Shown in pieces: positions 42,493 through 52,709 of a DNA stretch of 64,000 bases (positions within the stretch are counted from its first letter, which is position 1; each line of letters begins with the position of its first letter). Below the pieces are notes generated by a model. It did no database searches. It was not told where the DNA came from and saw nothing but the letters and a program-made list of their open reading frames with translations. The stretch is from Candidatus Bathyarchaeota archaeon (GTDB lineage: Archaea > Thermoproteota > Bathyarchaeia > Bathyarchaeales > Bathycorpusculaceae). A program made the translations under genes and the position numbers. The stretch spans positions 128,001 to 192,000 of the forward strand of contig CAWEPZ010000011.1 of NCBI GenBank assembly GCA_963811105.1. Direction: 5' to 3'.

Positions 42493-43704
42493 GTGCACTG
42501 CATGGAAAAGTTTCAGTTAGCCATTTTCAATACTCAGCCACCTAACCGCTATTTCGGGGGAGTCGAAAGACGCATAATTGAAACAACAAAGCGATTAAAA
42601 AATGAAGCTGACATCACCGTTTACAGCGGAACCAAGGCTGGTTTCAAAGAACCAACCACAATCAACGGTGTGAGGTTAGTTCCGTGTTATTCAACGGACA
42701 GAATTTTTCCTTTAGACAATTGGTTTTTCAACCGAAGCCTAACAAAAAAAGCCGCCGACATCAACGCGGACGTTTATGAAGCCCACGCAGTAAGCGGTTA
42801 CGGATTAGCAAAAGCACTTCAAAAGCAAGGCACTAAAAGGCCATTTATCCATACTATTCACGGGGTCCTCGCAGATGAATATGAACAAACGAGAAAGAAT
42901 GGGTATGATTCTTTCAGGGATGGGGTTGCCAACTATTTTATGCATCGGCTGGCGAAACTGGAAGCTGAAACTGCACAAAACGCTTCTATGATTGTTACAA
43001 TTAGCCAGTACTCACTTGGTAAAATCGAGCAGTTTTACGGAATCGATAAAGAGAAAGTGAGGATTGTTCCAAATGGCGTTGACCCGGAAAAATTCAAGCC
43101 CGTTGCAAATCGAAAAGCGAATAGAGCTCAGTTTGGATTAGGCGAAGAGCCATGTGTGCTTTTTGTAGGCAGTTTAATTCCACGGAAAGGGTTACCATTT
43201 CTGCTTGAAGCCGCTAAGAAAGTCGTTAAGGAACAAGTTAAAACGAAGTTTCTAATCGTGGGGGAAGGACCACTAAAAGACCAGCTACTTAGCACTCTTG
43301 AGGCCGCGAATCTGGCGTGCAACTTCAAGTTTTTGGGCAAAGTCAAAGATGAGGTTCTTCCGGCCCTATATAACTGCGCTGACGTGTTTGCGTTGCCGTC
43401 GATTCAGGAGGGTCAGGGTATTGTTCTGCTTGAAGCAGAATCGACAGGTAAGCCGGTTGTGGCTTTTGATGTGGGCGGAGTTAACGAGGCTTTCCGCAAC
43501 GGCGAGACCGGTTTGCTTGTTAGGCGTGGCAGCACCGATGAGTTTGCAGATGCATTGTTGAAGCTTCTTTCTGATGCGGCACTCCGAGAAAAGATGGGCG
43601 TTAATGGCAGAGACTTTGTTGTGAAAAACTTTACTTGGGACATTTGTGCCCAAAGAATGCTACAGGTTTATCGTGAAGCGTTAGCTAATGTTAACGTTCA
43701 CTGA
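42493..43704 (+). CDS. GT4 family glycosyltransferase
   Basis: GGVER, HTIHG, VPNGVD, FVGSLIPRKG, PSIQEGQGIVLLEA. Confidence 0.93.
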   Translation: MHCMEKFQLAIFNTQPPNRYFGGVERRIIETTKRLKNEADITVYSGTKAGFKEPTTINGVRLVPCYSTDRIFPLDNWFFNRSLTKKAADINADVYEAHAVSGYGLAKALQKQGTKRPFIHTIHGVLADEYEQTRKNGYDSFRDGVANYFMHRLAKLEAETAQNASMIVTISQYSLGKIEQFYGIDKEKVRIVPNGVDPEKFKPVANRKANRAQFGLGEEPCVLFVGSLIPRKGLPFLLEAAKKVVKEQVKTKFLIVGEGPLKDQLLSTLEAANLACNFKFLGKVKDEVLPALYNCADVFALPSIQEGQGIVLLEAESTGKPVVAFDVGGVNEAFRNGETGLLVRRGSTDEFADALLKLLSDAALREKMGVNGRDFVVKNFTWDICAQRMLQVYREALANVNVH

Positions 43705-44217
43705 TTTTGCTAACCGCCTTAAATCGTTCTCGCTCATCCATTCAGTTTTCAGATAGCAGCTGATTCTTTCCTCGCTTAACCCAATTCGTCTTGCTTCTTG
43801 AACGGCGTAGCAATATGCTTCAATTTCTGTTGGTCGATCCACGTAGTCATAGCGGGGGTCAAAGAGTTCTTTTCCTTCCATATACTGCTTGACGTGGCAA
43901 AGCTCATGGATTAAGTCAAGGTAAATGTCAGTTTTGTCGCCGTTGTTTAGGTAGTTTTTGCTTATTACAAGGTGGCCGTCTGAACCGTCCACGTACATGT
44001 AGCCGAAAATCCAGCTAAGCTCCACCGTAAGGTGGCTTAGAACTTCATCGGTTTTTTCCCCAAAAATGCCTTTTACAGCTTCAACTTTTTCGAAGTCTTT
44101 GAAGTACTCGGCGAAAATTACCTTTTGATTTCCAACCCCAAGTATGTTAAATGGGAGTTTTCTAAACAAACGCAGTATCTTAAATGCCACGTATTCTATT
44201 GCTGTCAAAGCATGCAT
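43681..44217 (-). CDS. Putative zinc metallopeptidase-like protein
   Basis: LIHELCHVKQY (HExxH) and downstream PTEIEAY. Confidence 0.7.
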   Translation of the reverse strand: MHALTAIEYVAFKILRLFRKLPFNILGVGNQKVIFAEYFKDFEKVEAVKGIFGEKTDEVLSHLTVELSWIFGYMYVDGSDGHLVISKNYLNNGDKTDIYLDLIHELCHVKQYMEGKELFDPRYDYVDRPTEIEAYCYAVQEARRIGLSEERISCYLKTEWMSENDLRRLAKSVNVNIS

Positions 44218-44223
44218 CTGCTC

Positions 44224-45588
44224 CTATTTAAAAGCTGAAAGGTGCTCAAGCTTCATTCCTCGATGTGCCAAGTCTGGAAGGTCTTCTACGCTTCCTATGC
44301 TGGCGTCAATGTTACGGTGGATCGGGTGGCTCCAAATGCCTTCAGGTGAAAGATTAAACTGCAAGGGAACATCTACTTTAAGACCATATTTTTCAATTAA
44401 ATTCTTAATTAATCTTCCTTCTCGACAGGCTATACGACCAGAACGATAGCTCTGCAGCAGCTGTGGAGCTGCAAATGCGCCAACACCATGCCAAACAGTC
44501 GCATCCTCAGGAGAGCCAATCGAGTAAAGGAAGAACTGGGGAGAAGAAGGCGTTTCAGCGTAACTGTAGTCAGCAAGTTTTTCGCCGGGTACAGTGAAGC
44601 TGTCATCGCACACTGCTACGGCTATGTCTTCAGGGTCCATGGCGTTAGGGTAGAGTTTGGTTGTTTTGTATTTAATGGTTGCATCAAGTAATTTGCCGTT
44701 TTCAAAGTGTAGTTTACCGCGGGCAGCACGTTTAGAACCAAACCCCTTTTTGGAATGCGGGATTGTTAAGAGAGTTGTGCGGTTTTTCAAGCTGCGACCC
44801 ATGCATGTGTATGCTTCTTCAATGGACGCGTAATCATGGTTACTTTCTTGAATTATGTGATGTAGCAAACCGTCTTTGGTTTCTGTTTTCAAGGTTGAAA
44901 GCGGCATACGCAACGTGTAAAGTGAAAGATCCATTCCGAAGAACTCTGACAAATCTTTTAGTTGGTGGTACTTGATGGAATCTACCAGATCAAGATATGA
45001 ACCGTTGCTATCTCTCAGGCTTTCCGTAATGAGCGTGCCTTCTTTTTGGGATATTAGACTGCCATCATATTTTTTGACGTATGCGTCGTCAATCTTGAGT
45101 TGGTCAGTTTTGACATTGGCCGCTGGAAACGCACTTTGTCCACTATCGACGATTGACTGTTTGAGTGGATTCATGGAATATCGGTCGGGCTCCACATCGT
45201 CAGTGTTTAAAAGGAAAGGCACAATGTAGCCTTGCGTAGGTTTCTTTAGCAATTCTGCAAGCGCAACTACGTCTCCGTCGTCTGGCCTGCGCAAACCGCG
45301 CTCATAAAAGTAGTTGGCGCAGGTTTCAAGCAGTCGTGTGCCGACTAATCCTTGGACCTCCTCGACCGTCAACTGTGGATTAGTGTATTCAACCGAGCCG
45401 CGCAAATAGAACCGTTCATCTGAGAATGGAAAAGAAACTTTCTTGTCGTTAACATATCGGAACAACGTTACTTTGCGATTGCTGTTCTTGCCTTTTGCAG
45501 CAGCGGCTCCTTCAACTAGAACCTTAACAGTTGAAAAGGAAGATTTCAAAAAATCCTCAAGCAAAAATCTGCAGTAGTCTTCACTCAT
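44224..45588 (-). CDS. Hypothetical protein, 454 aa
   Basis: Long intact ORF tightly packed between the GNAT and HExxH genes; no domain recognised. Confidence 0.8.
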   Translation of the reverse strand: MSEDYCRFLLEDFLKSSFSTVKVLVEGAAAAKGKNSNRKVTLFRYVNDKKVSFPFSDERFYLRGSVEYTNPQLTVEEVQGLVGTRLLETCANYFYERGLRRPDDGDVVALAELLKKPTQGYIVPFLLNTDDVEPDRYSMNPLKQSIVDSGQSAFPAANVKTDQLKIDDAYVKKYDGSLISQKEGTLITESLRDSNGSYLDLVDSIKYHQLKDLSEFFGMDLSLYTLRMPLSTLKTETKDGLLHHIIQESNHDYASIEEAYTCMGRSLKNRTTLLTIPHSKKGFGSKRAARGKLHFENGKLLDATIKYKTTKLYPNAMDPEDIAVAVCDDSFTVPGEKLADYSYAETPSSPQFFLYSIGSPEDATVWHGVGAFAAPQLLQSYRSGRIACREGRLIKNLIEKYGLKVDVPLQFNLSPEGIWSHPIHRNIDASIGSVEDLPDLAHRGMKLEHLSAFK

Positions 45589-45592
45589 AATT

Positions 45593-46432
45593 TTAACCTC
45601 TCTCTAAAGATTCAGCCAAGTATATACAATTTCTTGCCATAGATCGACCTAAAAACATCCGTAAAACCGAAAATTCTTCCTTAAACCCAAATTTAATAAG
45701 CACGTCAGAGATTTCAATCTCCTTTTTTGGCAGCGCCACATAAACACTTTTGCCACTCAATTTTGCGAGAACTGATTTCAAAAGCAAACATGCACCATCA
45801 GTTCTACCTTCTTGGCACACCAATGGTCCAACCCAAGCCATTTTCTCGTAAACCGTAGAAGCAACATACCCAACAATTTTTTGGCCCTCAGCCAAATAGT
45901 AGCATAAATTTCCTTCTTCATAAATAATGGATCTTAAGAGCTTTTTTCTGTCGCCGCCAAAACATGCGTTGTCAAACTTAATTATCGACTGAACTGCTGT
46001 TGTGGTTGGCTGCAACAGAGTCTCGGCATGCGATGATTGAAGCGTTTCTACACTTAGAACAGAAAAGTCTTCGTCCCTTTTGAAGCCTTGGCGTCCGTAA
46101 AAGTTAAGGAGGTTTGGGTAAGCGTAGAGCCCAATGGTTTTGACTCCTCTGCTTTGCAAATAATCAACAGCGCGCTTGACAAGTAGACTTCCAGCTCCTT
46201 TGTTTCGAAATTCTTCTTTAATAATTAGGTTACCGAACCAGCCGACCTTTCCGAAGCTGATACATGTTGCTATTCCTATTTGTTCAGAACCATCAAAGAG
46301 AACAAAACATCCTTGAGGCTCAAGATTAAGCATATACGCAAAGTCTTCAGGAACCATATTCCAATTCATAGTATTGGCTAATTTGGCTGCAAACAGAAAA
46401 TCAGCGGCGCTCATCGGTTTGACTTGAAGCAT
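45593..46432 (-). CDS. Tandem-GNAT acetyltransferase (YitH-like)
   Basis: GWFGNLII.EEFRNKGAG...FYGRQGF; second domain WVGPL...LERG. Confidence 0.88.
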   Translation of the reverse strand: MLQVKPMSAADFLFAAKLANTMNWNMVPEDFAYMLNLEPQGCFVLFDGSEQIGIATCISFGKVGWFGNLIIKEEFRNKGAGSLLVKRAVDYLQSRGVKTIGLYAYPNLLNFYGRQGFKRDEDFSVLSVETLQSSHAETLLQPTTTAVQSIIKFDNACFGGDRKKLLRSIIYEEGNLCYYLAEGQKIVGYVASTVYEKMAWVGPLVCQEGRTDGACLLLKSVLAKLSGKSVYVALPKKEIEISDVLIKFGFKEEFSVLRMFLGRSMARNCIYLAESLERG

Positions 46433-46520
46433 AAAAATTAAACGGTAAATCTAGGAATTAAGCGTTTGAAAAAAGGCGAAGCCTTCTATCCTGTTGACAA
46501 TGATAAACAAAGCTTCACAA

Positions 46521-46920
46521 CTAATTATCTCCAACAGTTTCTTGAGAAACAAGTAATCCGTAATAGTTGAAGCATTTATCCTTTTTTTTGGAGGTCAACA
46601 TAACATAATAACCGTTGAATCTAGCAATCGTAAAATCTAAGCGCAATTCTTTTTTGGTTGCAAGTATTTCTTCTATTAGAACTTGTTTAACTGGAAAACT
46701 CTTCATTTCTGCTCCCGTAAGTCGCGTTAAGGCACTTTGCGCCTCAGGTAACGAATTGGCAGGTATTATCCCGCCAGTTTTCCCTCTTCCGATGACGGGA
46801 ACCTGAGCCTTAACCATGTAGGGAAGGTTTAGAATTACTCAATATAGGAACTGTCTGCTTGGAGTCAGAGATTAAAATTCCTTGGAATCGGGATTCGTTG
46901 CCTTAGCAGCACTTGCTTTG
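46521..46920 (-). pseudogene. sucC: Truncated succinyl-CoA synthetase beta-like (ATP-grasp) remnant
   Basis: VKAQVPVIGRGKTGGI...VKQVLIEE...KEL matches SucC VKAQV..GGRGKAGG; the upstream IPIP.G segment is frameshifted and the C-terminal ~60% is missing. Confidence 0.7.
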
Positions 46921-47103
46921 TCTCAATCTCAATTAAGTTCAAAATTATTAATAATTTTGCAATTGAGAGATAAGAATTTTTTTGGTTTAGCGTGCATGCT
47001 TCCAATGGGCAGCACTTCAGCCCGTTTAGAACTCTACGCTTATCAGAGTGAAATTCATACTACCCATAAGGTGATATAGTAAACAACTGGTTGATAAGGA
47101 AAA

Positions 47104-47878
47104 ATGCATGTTTCCCAAATAAGGAATGTCTCAGATATCGATTTTGTCTTCCCAGTTGGCTTCTCGTTCTTTGAACCTTATCTTCAATATCATATCAAAG
47201 AGATTCTTGAAATAGGCGGCGAGGTCTATGTATCAAAAACCTCTGAGGGCATTATTTCAGGTATTTTCATTTATGACGACTTTGAGAAAGGAGGAACAAT
47301 TTACACAAGATCGAGGGAATTGTTTGACTACTTTTATGGTTTAAAACAGTTCAATTTTCTCTTCTCAGAGATGAAAACTGAGCTTGAAAATGAAATCTAT
47401 GATATTTATACCATAGACATCAAACACCTTGCCCTTGCTCATAGATTCAGGTATGAAATTTCTACAATGGACAATGGAAACGTAGGTGAGATAGAACAAT
47501 TCATGTCTTCAACCCATCAAGGCATAAACAAGAAGTGGGTAAAAGTTGCACTCAAAAACAGAGACAGGTGCTACATTGTCAGACTAAGCAACGAAATTGC
47601 TGGGTTGGGTTGGGTTTCACTTGTCAACGGTATTGGAAGACTACACTCTCTTTACGTGAAACCTCAATACAGAAGAATAGGCATAGGAGAAGATATCCTC
47701 AATGCACGACTTCTCTGGCTCAAAGTCAAACCATGCCCATTCAGCATTCACTGAAATTTCACACTATAACATCCCATCTTCAAATAATGTCATGAAAGCC
47801 CAAATGAAAGTATCTGGACAGGTTTTTCAGTATTTTAAGAAGGACTTGGACAAAAAGAAGGAACTGAAAAATCAGTAA
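47104..47878 (+). CDS. GNAT acetyltransferase (frameshift near 47730)
   Basis: GRLHSLYVKPQYRRIGIG; the other frame continues SAFTEISHYNIPS...KNQ* to 47878. Confidence 0.8.
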
Positions 47879-47883
47879 GATAT

Positions 47884-48951
47884 CTAGGTTCTAGGAGCAC
47901 CACATATAGGACAAGTTTCAGCTGTAGAGTCTATAAGTGCTCCACAGTAGCGGCACTTAACCTTCACAACCTCCTTAATCACAATCTGCTGTACTTGCGG
48001 TTGCTTTGGAGTTAGATCGATTCTCTCTGGAGGGGGACTTGGCGGAGGAGGCTGTTGTTGGTACGGATGTTGGGGAAGAGTTTTTCTGCTTATTCTTGAA
48101 AATGCATAAATCAGAATTACAATGATAACAATAACTAAGATAACTAGGGCTAGTCCTGCTATGAAACCAATATATAGGATTGGTTGTGGAGTTGTTCCGC
48201 CGGGGTTGCTGACTGCCGGGCTTGGAGTTTCGCCACCTGTATTGTTTGGGAATGCAGCTGTTAGTGGATAGCTAGTTGAATTCACATACAGGTTTTCGGT
48301 GTAGGTGAACCCTGTTCCTGAAATGTTGGTATCTTGTTCATCATAGCTATATCCTACAATATATCCCGTGGACGGGTCAAAATAGGCTTTCCATATATAG
48401 GTGGCACTGAATTGCCCGTATACGTCGTTCCGCTCGTATACCGACTGTCCTTGAGCAAAGATCACGTTCACATTTCTGCCTTGGGACGTAAGATAGTAGC
48501 TGTAATTTTCGGATATGACTGTCATCTCTGTGTTCAGAAGAGAAAAGGTACCGCCCACAGGAATTGAGTTATCCATAACGAACCAGACAGTCGGATTAGT
48601 ATATCCTGTCTGGTCGTCAGTTCCATTAACATAAAGAAAAGTAACTGGTGAGAATGTGAAATCTCCAGAAGGATTCCCCGTTTCTGTTGTGCCTGTGCTG
48701 TTACTCCAGGTGTAGGAGTAACTATAGTGGGCGGATACAGTTCCTTCAGTATTTACGCCATTCATTGTTTCTATTCCGTTATATGTTGCATGTTCGCTAT
48801 ATCCAGTGTAATCGCCTGTGCCACTTCCAAGATCTGTTACCTCGTAGTAGCTGAAGTGGTCTCCGACATGGGGAACGTAGGCTGCAGCGACAGGAGCAAC
48901 AAATAGAGCCAAGAAAAGTGAAAGTATTATTACAAAGGACTTTGAGTTCAT
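47884..48951 (-). CDS. Signal-peptide, single-TM surface protein with cytoplasmic Pro-rich linker and zinc ribbon
   Basis: N-terminal signal (AAA-Y), Thr/Tyr/Gly-rich ectodomain, TM helix, QQQPPPPSPPP, CRYCG...CPICGA. Confidence 0.85.
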   Translation of the reverse strand: MNSKSFVIILSLFLALFVAPVAAAYVPHVGDHFSYYEVTDLGSGTGDYTGYSEHATYNGIETMNGVNTEGTVSAHYSYSYTWSNSTGTTETGNPSGDFTFSPVTFLYVNGTDDQTGYTNPTVWFVMDNSIPVGGTFSLLNTEMTVISENYSYYLTSQGRNVNVIFAQGQSVYERNDVYGQFSATYIWKAYFDPSTGYIVGYSYDEQDTNISGTGFTYTENLYVNSTSYPLTAAFPNNTGGETPSPAVSNPGGTTPQPILYIGFIAGLALVILVIVIIVILIYAFSRISRKTLPQHPYQQQPPPPSPPPERIDLTPKQPQVQQIVIKEVVKVKCRYCGALIDSTAETCPICGAPRT

Positions 48952-50504
48952 CCCATGAAACCTCCTACACCATGCACATGTGCAGGATGATAGCCGCCAA
49001 TGCCGCTGTATGTCGAATGGTAAGATGAGTGTGCAATAATAAGAGGCACATGGTAGATGAAGAAAACGTTTGTTGGAATATAAATAAACTGCACTGGAGT
49101 CTTCACAATAGTTGCGGTTGGATCAAGTTCCTTTACAAGTTCATTTTTGATTCCATGAATCATCCTAACTGCAAGACTTACCACTTCAGAGCGTTCAAGA
49201 TCTTTAACATAAGACCCAAGCAAAAAAGATGCCTTTTCCATCAGGTCAAGAGTCTCATTAGCTTCAAGAGTTGATATTGAAGCAAGTATTGCAGAAGCCA
49301 CAAGTGGATACTCAAGATAATTCCTAAGCCCATTTTCAATTATTGTTAACTTCGACTTCACGTCTTCCGGCCCTAAATCGGAAATCGCTAAATAGGCCGA
49401 AGCAAGCTCGGTATCCTCTGATAGCTCAAATCCCCAAGAATTAAAAAGAAATCTGAAGGATTGGAACTTGCTAGCCAATTGGTCTGACGGCACATTAAAT
49501 ATCGAGAGTATTGCAGCTGACTCGTAAGAAGAAGTCATTTTGGAAAATTCCATAAATCGGTCAGTGGGAAAAGTACCGTCATATCTCTGCCCAAACAGAA
49601 TAGTGGCAGCAACGCCGACTGAAATCGGATCAGGAACGTGCGCGTCATGCCTTAGTTGGTGGTCTATTTTAGATAAGCGGTCCGATAAGTTCTGAAGATC
49701 AGAATTTGTTGTCGTTTGAGAGGGATCTGCCCTAGAGGCAGCCATAATTTCCCCTGTCATCATCTTATTTTCAAGAGTGCAATCGAAATGGCGGAGGAGG
49801 TCAAGTGCAAAAAGAAACCTTTGACCAATTTGGTTTGGGTCGCCTTGAAGCTTGGCCAAACCTATCGATATGCTCCAGAGCTGAGAGAGGTCCATTTCTG
49901 GGAAACTGATTTTAAGATTAGAGACGTGATAGCTAGCTCTCTCCGCTATGTATCGCAATTCGCCGAAGGTAGTTTGGATTTCTTCAATAAAATCGAGAAA
50001 TTCCTCATCAGAAACTCTGTAATTTCTTACGATGAGATCGTTTAGCATCATTATTCCAACACCCGTAAGCGACAAATATTTTCCATCATATTGTACCATC
50101 CTGTCCATTTTGGATTTCTTGTGAATTAGTTCGTTAATCTTGGCTTCTCTTTCAGTTATGTCAACGTCCATTTTTGAGACTATGGATTTTTCGTTTTCTA
50201 CTTTTTCCCGTTCAGCTTCTTTATTCTCTTTGTCTTCAAAAAGAAATGTGATTGAATGAGTTTTCTTCTCCTCTTCTTGCAGAGCGATCTTTGCGCTCCT
50301 GTCGGCATTCGTTGCATTGACCAAGTCTATATTCATCTGTGTCAAGTTTGAAACTTCGGCTACTGCCTTATCATAATCTTCTTTTTGCATTGTTGAGAGG
50401 TAGCCTTTGTTGCTGAGAAAATCCATGTCGGACGGTTGAACCTGCATCGAAACGGATTTTTCAGCTATTTGGGTGAAGAACGTTCTTACGTCGTTGCATT
50501 TCAT
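48948..50504 (-). CDS. Hypothetical protein: coiled coil, helical repeats (DUF4003-like) and His/Gly-rich tail
   Basis: E/K-rich coiled coil at aa ~40-135; Ala/Leu-rich helices; ends AHSSYHSTYSGIGGYHPAHVHGVGGFMG. Confidence 0.75.
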   Translation of the reverse strand: MKCNDVRTFFTQIAEKSVSMQVQPSDMDFLSNKGYLSTMQKEDYDKAVAEVSNLTQMNIDLVNATNADRSAKIALQEEEKKTHSITFLFEDKENKEAEREKVENEKSIVSKMDVDITEREAKINELIHKKSKMDRMVQYDGKYLSLTGVGIMMLNDLIVRNYRVSDEEFLDFIEEIQTTFGELRYIAERASYHVSNLKISFPEMDLSQLWSISIGLAKLQGDPNQIGQRFLFALDLLRHFDCTLENKMMTGEIMAASRADPSQTTTNSDLQNLSDRLSKIDHQLRHDAHVPDPISVGVAATILFGQRYDGTFPTDRFMEFSKMTSSYESAAILSIFNVPSDQLASKFQSFRFLFNSWGFELSEDTELASAYLAISDLGPEDVKSKLTIIENGLRNYLEYPLVASAILASISTLEANETLDLMEKASFLLGSYVKDLERSEVVSLAVRMIHGIKNELVKELDPTATIVKTPVQFIYIPTNVFFIYHVPLIIAHSSYHSTYSGIGGYHPAHVHGVGGFMG

Positions 50505-50509
50505 TCCAA

Positions 50510-51712
50510 TTACCGATCCAAGATTGGAAATTCCTTTGTTAAACGTTGTTCTCCTAATATATTACCTACTACCAGTTTAAGGGTTTGCCCCTCACTTGCA
50601 AGGCCAACAACCTCATCATCCTTAAGAGCTTCTTTGAGAAAATATTCGAACTGCACTTGCCTGTCCATCCAGTCTCCGAATCTTGCTGATCGTTCTCGTT
50701 CTATTTGCTCATATGCGTACATGAATTCGTATAGAGATCTGTATATCTGGTCGTCAATCTTTTCTGAGATTTTCTTTTCCTCAACAGTTATCCATTCTAG
50801 ACCTTCAAGGTCAACAAAGTAAATGGTACCATCAGGAGCGAGAACAGCATCCTTGTCTAGCCAGACGTCGTAGAAATCCAATCCACTGAAAGTTCCATCG
50901 ACATTGCTTTTTAACGTCCTGACAAAAAGTGTAAGATACGCAATTCCACTCTTAACAAAATTTAGCAGAAACTTTAATGCTTTATCGTTCTTGTCTAATT
51001 CAAATAGGTTAAAGACTGATCTTATATTACTGCCGACTGTACTTCCTGAATGAAAATAAATCCTAACATTAGATGGAACCAATCTTGTTTCCTGAACCAT
51101 CCGCCCCCTGAATTTGCGATACCAGTATATTTTTTTGATTTCATTCTCTAAATCATCAGGAAGGAAAGCGATTTTCACAAGAGGTGCAATTCGAAATCCA
51201 TTAATGGAGGTAAGGTCGGCCATTTCCGACACTCTCATCGAAGTGGTTGCGTGCTCAAGTCCCTGTCCCCCATATGGTGAACCTCTTAGCCATAATTCCC
51301 CTGTTAAGTATCGAGGAGCCGTTTCCGCCGAACTAGCTATCATTTCTTTTAGTTTGGAATCTTTCAGCAGGTTGCATATTTCATCTTTCCCCAGTAGCCG
51401 ATGGGAAAAAGGATTGGTTGTTGAACCGATTCCTTTTACAGAAAGGTAAAAGTCAGTGCCGTCCATCTTCAAAGATGGCAAAGTGGAAACTGCTCCTCTA
51501 TTATCATCCGCAACAAACTCTCTGGTAACCAAGGGGTTGAGATAGGTGAAAGGCTTCATACTCTCAGGAAGGTGAATTTTTTCAAAATCATCCATTTTGA
51601 ATCCCTGAAAATGCCTGTTTGTCAGCATTTCAGAAGCTTCATATATATTCAGATTGACGGGTGAGCCTTTCAGCCTCATAGTCGTTCGGCATTTGTATGG
51701 ATGGTTTAACAC
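50510..51712 (-). CDS. Protein kinase-like fold protein resembling SelO/YdiU
   Basis: DDNRGA, LSVKGIG, SEMA, RLVPSNVRI and DKDAVLAPDGTIYFVDLEG occur in the order of SelO GDGRA, QLKG.G, SEAM, RVAPSHIRF and TDN...IDYG. Confidence 0.6.
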   Translation of the reverse strand: MLNHPYKCRTTMRLKGSPVNLNIYEASEMLTNRHFQGFKMDDFEKIHLPESMKPFTYLNPLVTREFVADDNRGAVSTLPSLKMDGTDFYLSVKGIGSTTNPFSHRLLGKDEICNLLKDSKLKEMIASSAETAPRYLTGELWLRGSPYGGQGLEHATTSMRVSEMADLTSINGFRIAPLVKIAFLPDDLENEIKKIYWYRKFRGRMVQETRLVPSNVRIYFHSGSTVGSNIRSVFNLFELDKNDKALKFLLNFVKSGIAYLTLFVRTLKSNVDGTFSGLDFYDVWLDKDAVLAPDGTIYFVDLEGLEWITVEEKKISEKIDDQIYRSLYEFMYAYEQIERERSARFGDWMDRQVQFEYFLKEALKDDEVVGLASEGQTLKLVVGNILGEQRLTKEFPILDR

Positions 51713-52204
51713 TTAAGCTTTCTTGCCTAACCACTTGGAAGCACAAAAAATCGTTTATGGGTTGTTAACTTACGGTAAGGGGTTTACCCATTTAAGGGAG
51801 CAACTCCGCGGGCTTACTGAATCCTTCGATTTAGTTAAGAAAACAGAATATTTGAGCTTAAGCAAAAAGAATTCATACCCGTTTCAGACTATGTGAAAAC
51901 TAATTTCAATTTCAGAAAATAGACATATTTATACCCACATGTTAGGGCTTAGGCACATCTTTTCACGCACAAGAGCCAAATTCTAAAATTAAATTTGAGT
52001 TTTCACGCCTCTGTTTGAGGGTAAGTCTGGTCCGATTCAACCTTCTATCAAAGAACATTTAAGGTCTTGACTCATAGAGTCAAGTGGCAATTGACCCATG
52101 TATAAATGTATTATCTTAATCAGTGGAACGGGTTATCTATCTTGAACAGTCTCCACAGAGAGGATTAACCTGCAACATCTGTTTAGAGGCCTATTGATGT
52201 TACG

Positions 52205-52450
52205 CGTATTTTTCTGAAGTACGTAAACATCTTGTATCGTTACAAGTCCGTCATCGCCAACTATTCCTTTGAGTTCCGGAAGCAGAGGCTCAAATTAAGA
52301 TTGCTAATCCACTACTTCAACAAAATTTTATGCCACGAAAAAATTTCATCCAGCACCTTAGCTGAGACTACCAGAATACAAATAGTTATATGGAGCTCAG
52401 CAGAGGGTCTAACGCCATGGAAATGCACCTTCTTATTAGAAACCTTCATT
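52205..52450 (-). pseudogene. DUF190 (PII-like) protein remnant
   Basis: Minus-strand reading VEVVD*QS*FEPLLPELKGIVGDDGLVTIQDVYV resembles the DUF190 C-terminus, with two nonsense codons. Confidence 0.5.
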
Positions 52451-52709
52451 TTAACTATTTAGTTCACACAGACAATTGGTTTCTTTTGTCATCATGCAAC
52501 TTTTTTTCTCTAAAGAATTACCTTGAAGCTCTTTCCTTAAAGGAATACTGATGAATGCACGTTTGTGTAAGCTGGTGTTAAGCTTTGGCGTCAAAGTTTG
52601 GAGAGCTTGAAGACCTCATTGAATGAGCAGAAAAATTACCCTTTTTGCGGAATCGCGGAGTTTATTAATGCCAATTCATTAGACTTGAAAAGAGGTAGCA
52701 GCTACCAAA

